A stretch of DNA of 64,000 nucleotides from Balanoglossus misakiensis (Eukaryota; Animalia; Hemichordata). Location of the stretch: the NCBI GenBank assembly GCA_040954595.2, contig CM082588.2, positions 10,276,844-10,340,843 on the forward strand. The letters are read 5' to 3'. Shown piece after piece: positions 12,250 through 22,823 of the stretch; position 1 is the stretch's first letter; the number at the start of each line of letters is the position of its first letter. The translations under genes were made by a program, and so were the position numbers. Under the pieces are notes generated by a model, which did not search any database, was not told the origin of the DNA, and worked only from the letters and a program-made list of their open reading frames with translations.

Positions 12250-15200
12250 ATGGAGAACGCTGAACAACAGCTGCTGGATTTGGGAATAGAGCCCAGTCCA
12301 GTCGCCAAAAAGGGACCTGCAACTCGCAGTAAGACTACGACAAGAGCATCGACCTGTCGAAAAGTTCGCGTGGTCCCCCCCACCAAACTTTCCAAAGTAC
12401 CAATGGCGTCAGCTCGTTCGAAAGGCGGGAAATGTAGCAAACCTGTCAAGGAAGAAGACACTTCATCTGACGGGGAAGATGTGAGGTCAGAGAAAGAGAA
12501 GTTGCAGGCGGAGATAGCGAGACTGCAGGAGCAATCTGAAGTAGACAATTTAAGAAAACAACTAAAAGAAATGAAACTGGAGAAGGAACGACGCAGCCCG
12601 CCAGCCGCTTCGAGCGGAAGTCCCAGAAGTCACGACCTGAGTCAACTCACGCTACCCGATCTCAAGAGGATGGCGAAAGAAGACTCACAATTGCAGTGGT
12701 CGTTACCATCAGGCAGTCCGTGGCTACCAGCGACAGGGGCCGCTGGCGGCGGTGAAGACCTCCAACCGAACCAACTCCTGGCACAGTCCGGTTTATACAC
12801 AGCAGCGCAGAGCAAAGCAGGTAACGTACCAATGAAATCGATGCGGTTCAACACCAGAACCGATCGTGTGCGACAGCACGTCCTATGGCCGCACATGTTC
12901 GTCAGGGCTCGGACATTCTCGGGCGCCCCACCAAAATTCGATGATATGTCAATGGCGGAATTTGTGGAAGGTAATCTCGCGATAGTGCAACTTCCTACTT
13001 TGAGTGACACAGAGAAACAGCAGCGATTACAACACTTACAGTCGCTTATGAAAGACGCCAATTTGTTCCCCTGGGACGCCATCTTGAAGTTCGAGGGCGC
13101 GCTCCTCTCTGACATGGAGTCAGGACTCAGAACATGGGCAAATGACACCGCAGATCTGAGAGAGCTATATTTGCTGCCGCGTATCGGCAAGATCAGACGG
13201 GATAAAACAGCGGACAAATCCAAAAAGAAGGATCAGATTAATGTATGTTTCAAATACCAAAGTAACAAGTGCGAGAAGGAGGATTGCGCATTCAAACACA
13301 TATGTGAAGCCTGCATGAAGTTGCGTAACAACCTGGCCAAGCATCCCAAGATTGCCTGCCCCTGGAAGGATAAGGCCTTTAGAGAGCAAGAGAGCAACAA
13401 GTTGACCGATAGTTCTGGCAAAGCAGAGGTAGATAAGTCTAAACAAGACTCTCATGACTGTGACAGCAATTTAATTCCTAAATTGAACCATAGAGTCAAA
13501 AGTGCAGGCACGGAGTGTAATATCAATGACTTTTATACATTGATGGGCATCACAGATCAGGCAGTGCACAAGTGTGATCGCTCTGTACAAACTGACATGG
13601 AGATTGATATTTCAAGAAGCCTGTCAATGTGCAACCCGGAGGTTTTGCGGGATGCTATTGTTAACCCTAGTAGTATTTCTGAACCAGTGCTTTCGATTGA
13701 CGAGCCAGTAACATGTACCATTGCCAATGTTGCCTCTGAACACACAGGTTGTTTTGATACCTCTGTTAGCAGGGATAATGTTGACAAATACCTTTGTAAA
13801 ACTCATACAGTTGATTTGATAGAACCTGATATTGAGACTGATCTTGACAAGCAAATCCCTATTGAATCACTAGCCCATACCGTCGGTGATACCACTGAAT
13901 TTGCATGTGAGATTAGCGCTCATGGTTCCTCTGACGGTATGATCAGTGATGACCACGATGTCTTTGTTAGTGATATGTTTACTGTGGAAAATGTTCCAAA
14001 TATGGGGCCTCCCAACCCCACCCTTGTTGATCACAGTGTTCCAGACACTTATCCACTGGGCAATGATATGCAGTATTCTGAGTTATCAGATACTCCCGTG
14101 GGCGGGGATGTCTGTCCCCCGTCGTCATGGCCACAAGCGTCACCCCTTGATTTAACAGAAGTTATAACCGTTCATGACATAGTTGTTGAATCAGGTTTAC
14201 CAAATTCTCAATTTTGCAGAATACCCGTTTCATCAAATCTTCAAATCCCAATTTGGCGAGCCGAATTGCAGCAATATGATGACAAAATCATCTGCGATTA
14301 CCTACAATATGGTTGGCCCGTCTACTATACAGCCTCAGAATTGCCATACTCTACAGTGAAAAACCACCCATCAGCTATAAATTACTCGGCGCATGTCGAC
14401 AACTGGATCATTAACGAAGTCGCAGCCGGGGCTACAGCGGGTCCGTTCTTAACTAACCCCCTTGCCACACCACTCAGTACTTCCCCCATTCAGACTGTCG
14501 AAAAAAAAGATAGTGTTAATCGGCGTATAGTCTTTGATCTTAGTTCCCCAATCCACCATTCAGTAAATGACGGTATCCCCAAAGGGGAATATCTTGGGGA
14601 GAGTTTTCAGCTTCAATATCCTTCCATTGATGATTTCACTGCAATGATGACCCGTAAGGGCAGGGGATGCCTCCTATTTAAGCGCGATTTAAGCAGAGCT
14701 TATCGGCAAATACCAGTCGATCCAGCGGACTACCATTTGCTGGGCTACACGTGGCGTAATTTATTGTTCTTTGACCTTACATTGCCATTTGGCTTGCGAA
14801 CCGCAGCGCTAGCCTGCCAGCGCACCACTAATGCGGTTTCTTATATCTATTCCACGAAAGGGTATGACTGTGTTAATTACCTTGACGACTTCGGTGGTGC
14901 AGAGACCTCCAACAAAGCCCACAAGGCATTTGCGGAGCTAGGTGACACGCTGGATAGACTGGGTTTGCAAGAAGCCAAACACAAAGCGGTGCCCCCGTCA
15001 TCAATCATGACTTTTCTTGGAATCCAGTTGAACTCCCTTACAATGACTATGGAAGTTACTCCTGACCGGCTTAATGAAATAGAGCAAGAGCTGGGTGTAT
15101 GGGTCACTAAAACAAAAGCAACTAAGCGCGAGCTGCAATCACTCATAGGCAAGCTTTCCTTTATTGCCAAATGTGTCAAGCCTGGTAGGCTATTCCTGGC

Positions 15201-15816
15201 GAGAATGCTAGATGTGTTGCGTACCGTCACCCGCAATCACTACCATCTAAACAGTGATTTCAAGGCAGATCTACGGTGGTGGATTAATTTCATTAGGGTT
15301 TATAATGGGGTGTCTCTCATTAAAGAGTCAGGTTGGTGCCCGCCAGATGAAATATTTTCTTCGGATGCATGCCCAACAGGGGGAGGGGGGCTTTGCGACA
15401 ACGAGTATTTCCACGTGGAGTTCCCTGACTTTGTAAAGGTTGGGGACCCTCACATTAATGCCCTCGAATTACTCACTATTACTATAGCGGCAAAAATTTG
15501 GGGTGATAGATGGTCTGGAAAGAAAATACAGGTCTCTTGCGACAACCAGGCAACAGTTTGGGTCATTAATACCGGTAGAGCTAGGGATAAACTAATGCTG
15601 TCTTGCTTGAGGGAATTATGGCTGGTAGCAGCGATTCACGAGTTTGAGCTACGTGCTGTGCACATCGCAGGCACCGAGAACCGGCTGGCTGATGCGCTCA
15701 GTCGCTGGCATCTTGACCCAAGTTATGAGCAACTCTTCAAATCATCTGTTAATATTTCTCAAATGACCGAGCACCCAGTCGCCGAGGATGACATTCGCTT
15801 TCTCAATGAGTGGTGA
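12250..15816 (+). CDS. Gag-like/zinc finger - acidic linker - reverse transcriptase - RNase H polyprotein (copy 1, single 1188-aa ORF)
   Basis: Cys/His cluster CFKYQSNKCEKEDCAFKHICEAC..HPKIAC. RT motifs KRDLSRAYRQ, LPFGL, YLDDF. DIRS-type RNase H motifs SDAC, INALELL, CDN, NRLADALSR. Confidence 0.93.
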   Translation: MENAEQQLLDLGIEPSPVAKKGPATRSKTTTRASTCRKVRVVPPTKLSKVPMASARSKGGKCSKPVKEEDTSSDGEDVRSEKEKLQAEIARLQEQSEVDNLRKQLKEMKLEKERRSPPAASSGSPRSHDLSQLTLPDLKRMAKEDSQLQWSLPSGSPWLPATGAAGGGEDLQPNQLLAQSGLYTAAQSKAGNVPMKSMRFNTRTDRVRQHVLWPHMFVRARTFSGAPPKFDDMSMAEFVEGNLAIVQLPTLSDTEKQQRLQHLQSLMKDANLFPWDAILKFEGALLSDMESGLRTWANDTADLRELYLLPRIGKIRRDKTADKSKKKDQINVCFKYQSNKCEKEDCAFKHICEACMKLRNNLAKHPKIACPWKDKAFREQESNKLTDSSGKAEVDKSKQDSHDCDSNLIPKLNHRVKSAGTECNINDFYTLMGITDQAVHKCDRSVQTDMEIDISRSLSMCNPEVLRDAIVNPSSISEPVLSIDEPVTCTIANVASEHTGCFDTSVSRDNVDKYLCKTHTVDLIEPDIETDLDKQIPIESLAHTVGDTTEFACEISAHGSSDGMISDDHDVFVSDMFTVENVPNMGPPNPTLVDHSVPDTYPLGNDMQYSELSDTPVGGDVCPPSSWPQASPLDLTEVITVHDIVVESGLPNSQFCRIPVSSNLQIPIWRAELQQYDDKIICDYLQYGWPVYYTASELPYSTVKNHPSAINYSAHVDNWIINEVAAGATAGPFLTNPLATPLSTSPIQTVEKKDSVNRRIVFDLSSPIHHSVNDGIPKGEYLGESFQLQYPSIDDFTAMMTRKGRGCLLFKRDLSRAYRQIPVDPADYHLLGYTWRNLLFFDLTLPFGLRTAALACQRTTNAVSYIYSTKGYDCVNYLDDFGGAETSNKAHKAFAELGDTLDRLGLQEAKHKAVPPSSIMTFLGIQLNSLTMTMEVTPDRLNEIEQELGVWVTKTKATKRELQSLIGKLSFIAKCVKPGRLFLARMLDVLRTVTRNHYHLNSDFKADLRWWINFIRVYNGVSLIKESGWCPPDEIFSSDACPTGGGGLCDNEYFHVEFPDFVKVGDPHINALELLTITIAAKIWGDRWSGKKIQVSCDNQATVWVINTGRARDKLMLSCLRELWLVAAIHEFELRAVHIAGTENRLADALSRWHLDPSYEQLFKSSVNISQMTEHPVAEDDIRFLNEW

Positions 15817-16834
15817 CTGATTTTATTTTTATTTCAGATCACTGCCAAACTATCCAAGCCTTAGACGCTCAAATCGCTATCTCAATGAGGTCAGCATCAG
15901 CGGAAGGAACTCGTCGGAATTTGTCGTCACAGTTGAAGAGTTACTTCCTGTTTTGTCAGTTTTTCAATTTTACTCCTGTTCCAGCATCTGTTCTTACAGT
16001 GTGTAGATTTATCCAGTTTCTTGCAAGATCAGTAACTGCTACTGGCACCATTCAGAATTATTTGTACGCAATTCGTACCTTGCATAGAATCCATGGCTTC
16101 ACGCCATTGGCCGCTGATCAGTATGTTGTCAAATTACTTTTGAAATGTCTTTCCCGTAGCACTTTCCAGCCAGTGAGGCAGAAATTACCCATCACCCCCC
16201 AGTTGTTGCTACAGTTTTTCGGGCTTCTAGATGTGGCTGTTCCATTCGATGTTACTTTGTGGGCATGCCTTTTGATAGGGTTTTTCTCCTTTTTTCGCAA
16301 GTCAAATCTTGTTCCGAAGTCTGCAACCGACTTTGATCCGGCTAAACACCTCTGTAGGGGTAAAGTCATTTCCTCAGATTCTGGCCTTATAATCGGCGTG
16401 ACTTGGTCAAAAACCATTCAGTTTCGCGAACGCTGTTTGACTATTCCACTTGCCCGCATTCCAGGTTCGGTGTTGTGCCCTTTACAGGCATACAATCACA
16501 TGTGTGAGATCATCCCAGCCCCACCCTCTAGCCCAGCATTCATTTTCCCAAATGTGGCAAATTGGTCCCCTTGACCCATTCAGGGCTGGTGAAAAGTATC
16601 AAATGTTTAGTTCAGAGGGCAGGCTTTCCTGCTGACATGTACTCGGGTCACAGCCTCCGTCGTGGGGGTGCAACCTTTGCATTCGAAAGTGGGGTCCCTG
16701 GGGAGCTTATCAAACTCCAAGGGGATTGGCAATCCAGCGCGTATCTCCGTTATCTTAACATTCCATTTCAGACTCGTTATCTGGTGTCCTTTCAAATGGG
16801 TCAGCATATTAAAGACATCTCCGCGTCACACTGA
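15810..16834 (+). pseudogene. Tyrosine recombinase, copy 1, frameshifted near 16540
   Basis: Split over ORFs 15810-16574 and 16562-16834. It is 1 bp shorter than copy 2 (cagcattcattttccc vs cagcatttgtttttccc). Motifs FFRKSNL, HSLRRGGA, GDW..Y. Confidence 0.88.
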
Positions 16835-16878
16835 TTTTACTGTGGCACTAGCAGAGAGGCGGACCGGGTTTGGCAGTG

Positions 16879-16984
16879 GTTGGGCCTGCAAGAGCCCCCA
16901 GTTCACGTAAATAAATAATGGCTCTTGCCTTCAGCTGCCAAACCTGTGTCCTTGGTTTGTGTGTTAGAGAGATCTCAAGTAATT
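16879..16984 (+). repeat. Split direct repeat B (copies also end at 22642, 28301 and 28719); contains an AATAAA hexamer
   Basis: gttgggcctgcaagagc...gagatctcaagtaatt is seen four times. aataaa at ~16910 is a candidate polyadenylation signal. Confidence 0.9.
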
Positions 16985-17165
16985 TAGGTAACATTGCGAT
17001 CAACGGCATAATGTTACCCAATTAAGCAACTCGAAAAGGGGCGCCCTCAACCTCAAACGAGCCTCAAAAATCCCATAATCCATCACTCACGGCCACTTCA
17101 AGGGTTCGGAGCGTGTCCTGCAGTGCACGCTCTCTCTGCCTCAATTTCAATTTCTCACCGTTATT

Positions 17166-19083
17166 ATGGAGAACGCTGAACAACAGCTGCTGGATTTGGG
17201 AATAGAGCCCAGTCCAGTCGCCAAAAAGGGACCTGCAACTCGCAGTAAGACTACGACAAGAGCATCGACCGGTCGAAAAGTTCGCGTGGTCCCCCCCCAC
17301 CAAACTTTCCAAAGTACCAATGGCGTCAGCTCGTTCGAAAGGCGGGAAATGTAGCAAACCTGTCAAGGAAGAAGACACTTCATCTGACGGGGAAGATGTG
17401 AGGTCAGAGAAAGAGAAGTTGCAGGCGGAGATAGCGAGACTGCAGGAGCAATCTGAAGTAGACAATTTAAGAAAACAACTAAAAGAAATGAAACTGGAGA
17501 AGGAACGACGCAGCCCGCCAGCCGCTTCGAGCGGAAGTCCCAGAAGTCACGACCTGAGTCAACTCACGCTACCCGATCTCAAGAGGATGGCGAAAGAAGA
17601 CTCACAATTGCAGTGGTCGTTACCATCAGGCAGTCCGTGGCTACCAGCGACAGGGGCCGCTGGCGGCGGTGAAGACCTCCAACCGAACCAACTCCTGGCA
17701 CAGTCCGGTTTATACACAGCAGCGCAGAGCAAAGCAGGTAACGTACCAATGAAATCGATGCGGTTCAACACCAGAACCGATCGTGTGCGACAGCACGTCC
17801 TATGGCCGCACATGTTCGTCAGGGCTCGGACATTCTCGGGCGCCCCACCAAAATTCGATGATATGTCAATGGCGGAATTTGTGGAAGGTAATCTCGCGAT
17901 AGTGCAACTTCCTACTTTGAGTGACACAGAGAAACAGCAGCGATTACAACACTTACAGTCGCTTATGAAAGACGCCAATTTGTTTCCCTGGGACGCCATC
18001 TTGAAGTTCGAGGGCGCGCTCCTCTCTGACATGGAGTCAGGACTCAGAACATGGGCAAATGACACCGCAGATCTGAGAGAGCTATATTTGCTGCCGCGTA
18101 TCGGCGAGATCAGACGGGATAAAACAGCGGACAAATCCAAAAAGAAGGATCAGATTAATGTATGTTTCAAATACCAAAGTAACAAGTGCGAGAAGGAGGA
18201 TTGCGCATTCAAACACATATGTGAAGCCTGCATGAAGTTGCGTAACAACCTGGCCAAGCATCCCAAGATTGCCAGCCCCTGGAAGGATAAGGCCTTTAGA
18301 GAGCAAGAGAGCAACAAGTTGACCGATAGTTCTGGCAAAGCAGAGGTAGATAAGTCTAAACAAGACTCTCATGACTGTGACAGCAATTTAATTCCTAAAT
18401 TGAACCATAGAGTCAAAAGTGCAGGCACGGAGTGTAATATCAATGACTTTTATACATTGATGGGCATCACAGATCAGGCAGTGCACAAGTGTGATCGCTC
18501 TGTACAAACTGACATGGAGATTGATATTTCAAGAAGCCTGTCAATGTGCAACCCGGAGGTTTTGCGGGATGCTATTGTTAACCCTAGTAGTATTTCTGAA
18601 CCAGTGCTTTCGATTGACGAGCCAGTAACATGTACCATTGCCAATGTTGCCTCTGAATATACAGGTTGTTTTGATACCTCTGTTAGCAGGGATAATGTTG
18701 ACAAATACCTTTGTAAAACTCATACAGTTGATTTGATAGAACCTGATATTGAGACTGATCTTGACAAGCAAATCCCTATTGAATCACTAGCCCATACCGT
18801 CGGTGATACCACTGAATTTGCATGTGAGATTAGCGCTCATGGTTCATCTGACGGTATGATCAGTGATGACCACGATGTCTTTGTTAGTGATATGTTTACT
18901 GTGGAAAATGTTCCAAATATGGGGCCTCCCAACCCCACCCTTGTTGATCACAGTGTTCCAGACACTTATCCACTGGGCAATGATATGCAGTATTCTGAGT
19001 TATCAGATACTCCCGTGGGCGGGGATGTCTGTCCCCCGTCGTCATGGCCACAAGGGTCACCCCTTGATTTAAAGCAGAGGTAG
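17166..19083 (+). pseudogene. gag region of copy 2, disrupted
   Basis: An extra C in the C-run near 17295 splits the frame. A premature stop at 19083 results from the 734-bp duplication. Confidence 0.88.
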
Positions 19084-19804
19084 ATAAGTCTAAACAAGAC
19101 TCTCATGACTGTGACAGCAATTTAATTCCTAAATTGAACCATAGAGTCAAAAGTGCAGGTACGGAGTGTAATATCAATGACTTTTATACATTGATGGGCA
19201 TCACAGATCAGGCAGTGCACAAGTGTGATCGCTCTGTACAAACTGACATGGAGATTGATATTTCAAGAAGCCTGTCAATGTGCAACCCGGAGGTTTTGCG
19301 GGATGCTATTGTTAACCCTAGTAGTATTTCTGAACCAGTGCTTTCGATTGACGAGCCAGTAACATGTACCATTGCCAATGTTGCCTCTGAACACACAGGT
19401 TGTTTTGATACCTCTGTTAGCAGGGATAATGTTGACAAATACCTTTGTAAAACTCATACAGTTGATTTGATAGAACCTGATATTGAGACTGATCTTGACA
19501 AGCAAATCCCTATTGAATCACTAGCCCATACCGTCGGTGATACCACTGAATTTGCATGTGAGATTAGCGCTCATGGTTCATCTGACGGTATGATCAGTGA
19601 TGACCACGATGTCTTTGTTAGTGACATGTTTACTGTGGAAAATGTTCCAAATATGGGGCCTCCCAACCCCACCCTTGTTGATCACAGTGTTCCAGACACT
19701 TATCCACTGGGCAATGATATGCAGTATTCTGAGTTATCAGATACTCCCGTGGGCGGGGATGTCTGTCCCCCGTCGTCATGGCCACAAGCGTCACCCCCTG
19801 ATTT
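18337..19804 (+). repeat. 734-bp internal tandem duplication in copy 2
   Basis: aaagcagaggtagataag starts at 18337 and again at 19071. Junction: cccttgattt|aaagcagagg. Confidence 0.95.
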
Positions 19805-21473
19805 AACAGAAGTTATAACCGTTCATGACATAGTTGTTGAATCAGGTTTACCAAATTCTCAATTTTGCAGAATACCCGTTTCATCAAATCTTCAAATCCC
19901 AATTTGGCGAGCCGAATTGCAGCAATATGATGACAAAATCATCTGCGATTACCTACAATATGGTTGGCCCGTCTACTATACAGCCTCAGAATTGCCATAC
20001 TCTACAGTGAAAAACCACCCATCAGCTATAAATTACTCGGCGCATGTCGACAACTGGATCATTAACGAAGTCGCAGCCGGGGCTACAGCGGGTCCGTTCT
20101 TAACTAACCCCCTTGCCACACCACTCAGTACTTCCCCCATTCAGACTGTCGAAAAAAAAGATAGTGTTAATCGGCGTATAGTCTTTGATCTTAGTTCCCC
20201 AATCCACCATTCAGTAAATGACGGTATCCCCAAAGGGGAATATCTTGGGGAGAGTTTTCAGCTTCAATATCCTTCCATTGATGATTTCACTGCAATGATG
20301 ACCCGTAAGGGCAGGGGATGCCTCCTATTTAAGCGCGATTTAAGCAGAGCTTATCGGCAAATACCAGTCGATCCAGCGGACTACCATTTGCTGGGCTACA
20401 CGTGGCGTAATTTATTGTTCTTTGACCTTACATTGCCATTTGGCTTGCGAACCGCAGCGCTAGCCTGCCAGCGCACCACTAATGCGGTTTCTTATATCTA
20501 TTCCACGAAAGGGTATGACTGTGTTAATTACCTTGACGACTTCGGTGGTGCAGAGACCTCCAACAAAGCCCACAAGGCATTTGCGGAGCTAGGTGACACG
20601 CTGGATAGACTGGGTTTGCAAGAAGCCAAACACAAAGCGGTGCCCCCGTCATCAATCATGACTTTTCTTGGAATCCAGTTGAACTCCCTTACAATGACTA
20701 TGGAAGTTACTCCTGACCGGCTTAATGAAATAGAGCAAGAGCTGGGTGTATGGGTCACTAAAACAAAAGCAACTAAGCGCGAGCTGCAATCACTCATAGG
20801 CAAGCTTTCCTTTATTGCCAAATGTGTCAAGCCTGGTAGGCTATTCCTGGCGAGAATGCTAGATGTGTTGCGTACCGTCACCCGCAATCACTACCATATC
20901 TATCTAAACAGTGATTTCAAGGCAGATCTACGGTGGTGGATTAATTTCATTAGGGTTTATAATGGGGTGTCTCTCATTAAAGAGTCAGGTTGGTGCCCGC
21001 CAGATGAAATATTTTCTTCGGATGCATGCCCAAAAGGGGGAGGGGGGCTTTGCGACAACGAGTATTTCCACGTGGAGTTCCCTGACTTTGTAAAGGTTGG
21101 GGACCCTCACATTAATGCCCTCGAATTACTCACTATTACTATAGCGGCAAAAATTTGGGGTGATAGATGGTCTGGAAAGAAAATACAGGTCTCTTGCGAC
21201 AACCAGGCAACAGTTTGGGTCATTAATACCGGTAGAGCTAGGGATAAACTAATGCTGTCTTGCTTGAGGGAATTATGGCTGGTAGCAGCGATTCACGAGT
21301 TTGAGCTACGTGCTGTGCACATCGCAGGCACCGAGAACCGGCTGGCTGATGCGCTCAGTCGCTGGCATCTTGACCCAAGTTATGAGCAACTCTTCAAATC
21401 ATCTGTTAATATTTCTCAAATGACCGAGCACCCAGTCGCCGAGGATGACATTCGCTTTCTCAATGAGTGGTGA
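19134..21473 (+). CDS. RT-RNase H ORF of copy 2 (uncoupled from gag by the duplication)
   Basis: Same RT and RNase H motifs as copy 1. It retains the IY codons (HYHIYLN) that are missing in copy 1. Confidence 0.85.
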   Translation: MNHRVKSAGTECNINDFYTLMGITDQAVHKCDRSVQTDMEIDISRSLSMCNPEVLRDAIVNPSSISEPVLSIDEPVTCTIANVASEHTGCFDTSVSRDNVDKYLCKTHTVDLIEPDIETDLDKQIPIESLAHTVGDTTEFACEISAHGSSDGMISDDHDVFVSDMFTVENVPNMGPPNPTLVDHSVPDTYPLGNDMQYSELSDTPVGGDVCPPSSWPQASPPDLTEVITVHDIVVESGLPNSQFCRIPVSSNLQIPIWRAELQQYDDKIICDYLQYGWPVYYTASELPYSTVKNHPSAINYSAHVDNWIINEVAAGATAGPFLTNPLATPLSTSPIQTVEKKDSVNRRIVFDLSSPIHHSVNDGIPKGEYLGESFQLQYPSIDDFTAMMTRKGRGCLLFKRDLSRAYRQIPVDPADYHLLGYTWRNLLFFDLTLPFGLRTAALACQRTTNAVSYIYSTKGYDCVNYLDDFGGAETSNKAHKAFAELGDTLDRLGLQEAKHKAVPPSSIMTFLGIQLNSLTMTMEVTPDRLNEIEQELGVWVTKTKATKRELQSLIGKLSFIAKCVKPGRLFLARMLDVLRTVTRNHYHIYLNSDFKADLRWWINFIRVYNGVSLIKESGWCPPDEIFSSDACPKGGGGLCDNEYFHVEFPDFVKVGDPHINALELLTITIAAKIWGDRWSGKKIQVSCDNQATVWVINTGRARDKLMLSCLRELWLVAAIHEFELRAVHIAGTENRLADALSRWHLDPSYEQLFKSSVNISQMTEHPVAEDDIRFLNEW

Positions 21474-22492
21474 CTGATTTTATTTTTATTTCAGATCACT
21501 GCCAAACTATCCAAGCCTTAGACGCTCAAATCGCTATCTCAATGAGGTCAGCATTAGCGGAAGGAACTCGTCGGAATTTGTCGTCACAGTTGAAGAGTTA
21601 CTTCCTGTTTTGTCAGTTTTTCAATTTTACTCCTGTTCCAGCATCTGTTCTTACAGTGTGTAGATTTATCCAGTTTCTTGCAAGATCAGTAACTGCTACT
21701 GGCACCATTCAGAATTATTTGTACGCAATTCGTACCTTGCATAGAATCCATGGCTTCACGCCATTGGCCGCTGATCAGTATGTTGTCAAATTACTTTTGA
21801 AATGTCTTTCCCGTAGCACTTTCCAGCCGGTGAGGCAGAAATTACCCATCACCCCCCAGTTGTTGCTACAGTTTTTCGGGCTTCTAGATGTGGCTGTTCC
21901 ATTCGATGTTACTTTGTGGGCATGCCTTTTGATAGGGTTTTTCTCCTTTTTTCGCAAGTCAAATCTTGTTCCGAAGTCTGCAACCGACTTTGATCCGGCT
22001 AAACACCTCTGTAGGGGTAAAGTCATTTCCTCAGATTCTGGCCTTATAATCGGCGTGACTTGGTCAAAAACCATTCAGTTTCGCGAACGCTGTTTGACTA
22101 TTCCACTTGCCCGCATTCCAGGTTCGGTGTTGTGCCCTTTACAGGCATACAATCACATGTGTGAGATCATCCCAGCCCCACCCTCTAGCCCAGCATTTGT
22201 TTTTCCCAAATGTGGCAAATTGGTCCCCTTGACCCATTCAGGGCTGGTGAAAAGTATCAAATGTTTAGTTCAGAGGGCAGGCTTTCCTGCTGACATGTAC
22301 TCGGGTCACAGCCTCCGTCGTGGGGGTGCAACCTTTGCATTCGAAAGTGGGGTCCCTGGGGAGCTTATCAAACTCCAAGGGGATTGGCAATCCAGCGCGT
22401 ATCTCCGTTATCTTAACATTCCATTTCAGACTCGTTATCTGGTGTCCTTTCAAATGGGTCAGCATATTAAAGACATCTCCGCGTCACACTGA
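21467..22492 (+). CDS. Tyrosine recombinase, copy 2 (only uninterrupted copy, 341 aa; called start is GTG, probably entered by splicing at 21495)
   Basis: Catalytic set R (FFRKSNL), K (WSKT), HxxR (HSLRRGG), W (GDW), Y (AYLRY). Confidence 0.92.
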   Translation: MVTDFIFISDHCQTIQALDAQIAISMRSALAEGTRRNLSSQLKSYFLFCQFFNFTPVPASVLTVCRFIQFLARSVTATGTIQNYLYAIRTLHRIHGFTPLAADQYVVKLLLKCLSRSTFQPVRQKLPITPQLLLQFFGLLDVAVPFDVTLWACLLIGFFSFFRKSNLVPKSATDFDPAKHLCRGKVISSDSGLIIGVTWSKTIQFRERCLTIPLARIPGSVLCPLQAYNHMCEIIPAPPSSPAFVFPKCGKLVPLTHSGLVKSIKCLVQRAGFPADMYSGHSLRRGGATFAFESGVPGELIKLQGDWQSSAYLRYLNIPFQTRYLVSFQMGQHIKDISASH

Positions 22493-22823
22493 TTTTACTG
22501 TGGCACTAGCAGAGAGGCGGACCGGGTTTGGCAGTGGTTGGGCCTGCAAGAGCCCCCAGTTCACGTAAATAAATAATGGCTCTTGCCTTCAGCTGCCAAA
22601 CCTGTGTCCTTGGTTTGTGTGTTAGAGAGATCTCAAGTAATTTAGGTAACATTGCGATCAACGGCATAATGTTACCCAATTAAGCAACTCGAAAAGGGGC
22701 GCCCTCAACCTCAAACGAGCCTCAAAAATCCCATAATCCATCACTCACGGCCACTTCAAGGGTTCGGAGCGTGTCCTGCAGTGCACGCTCTCTCTGCCTC
22801 AATTTCAATTTCTCACCGTTATT

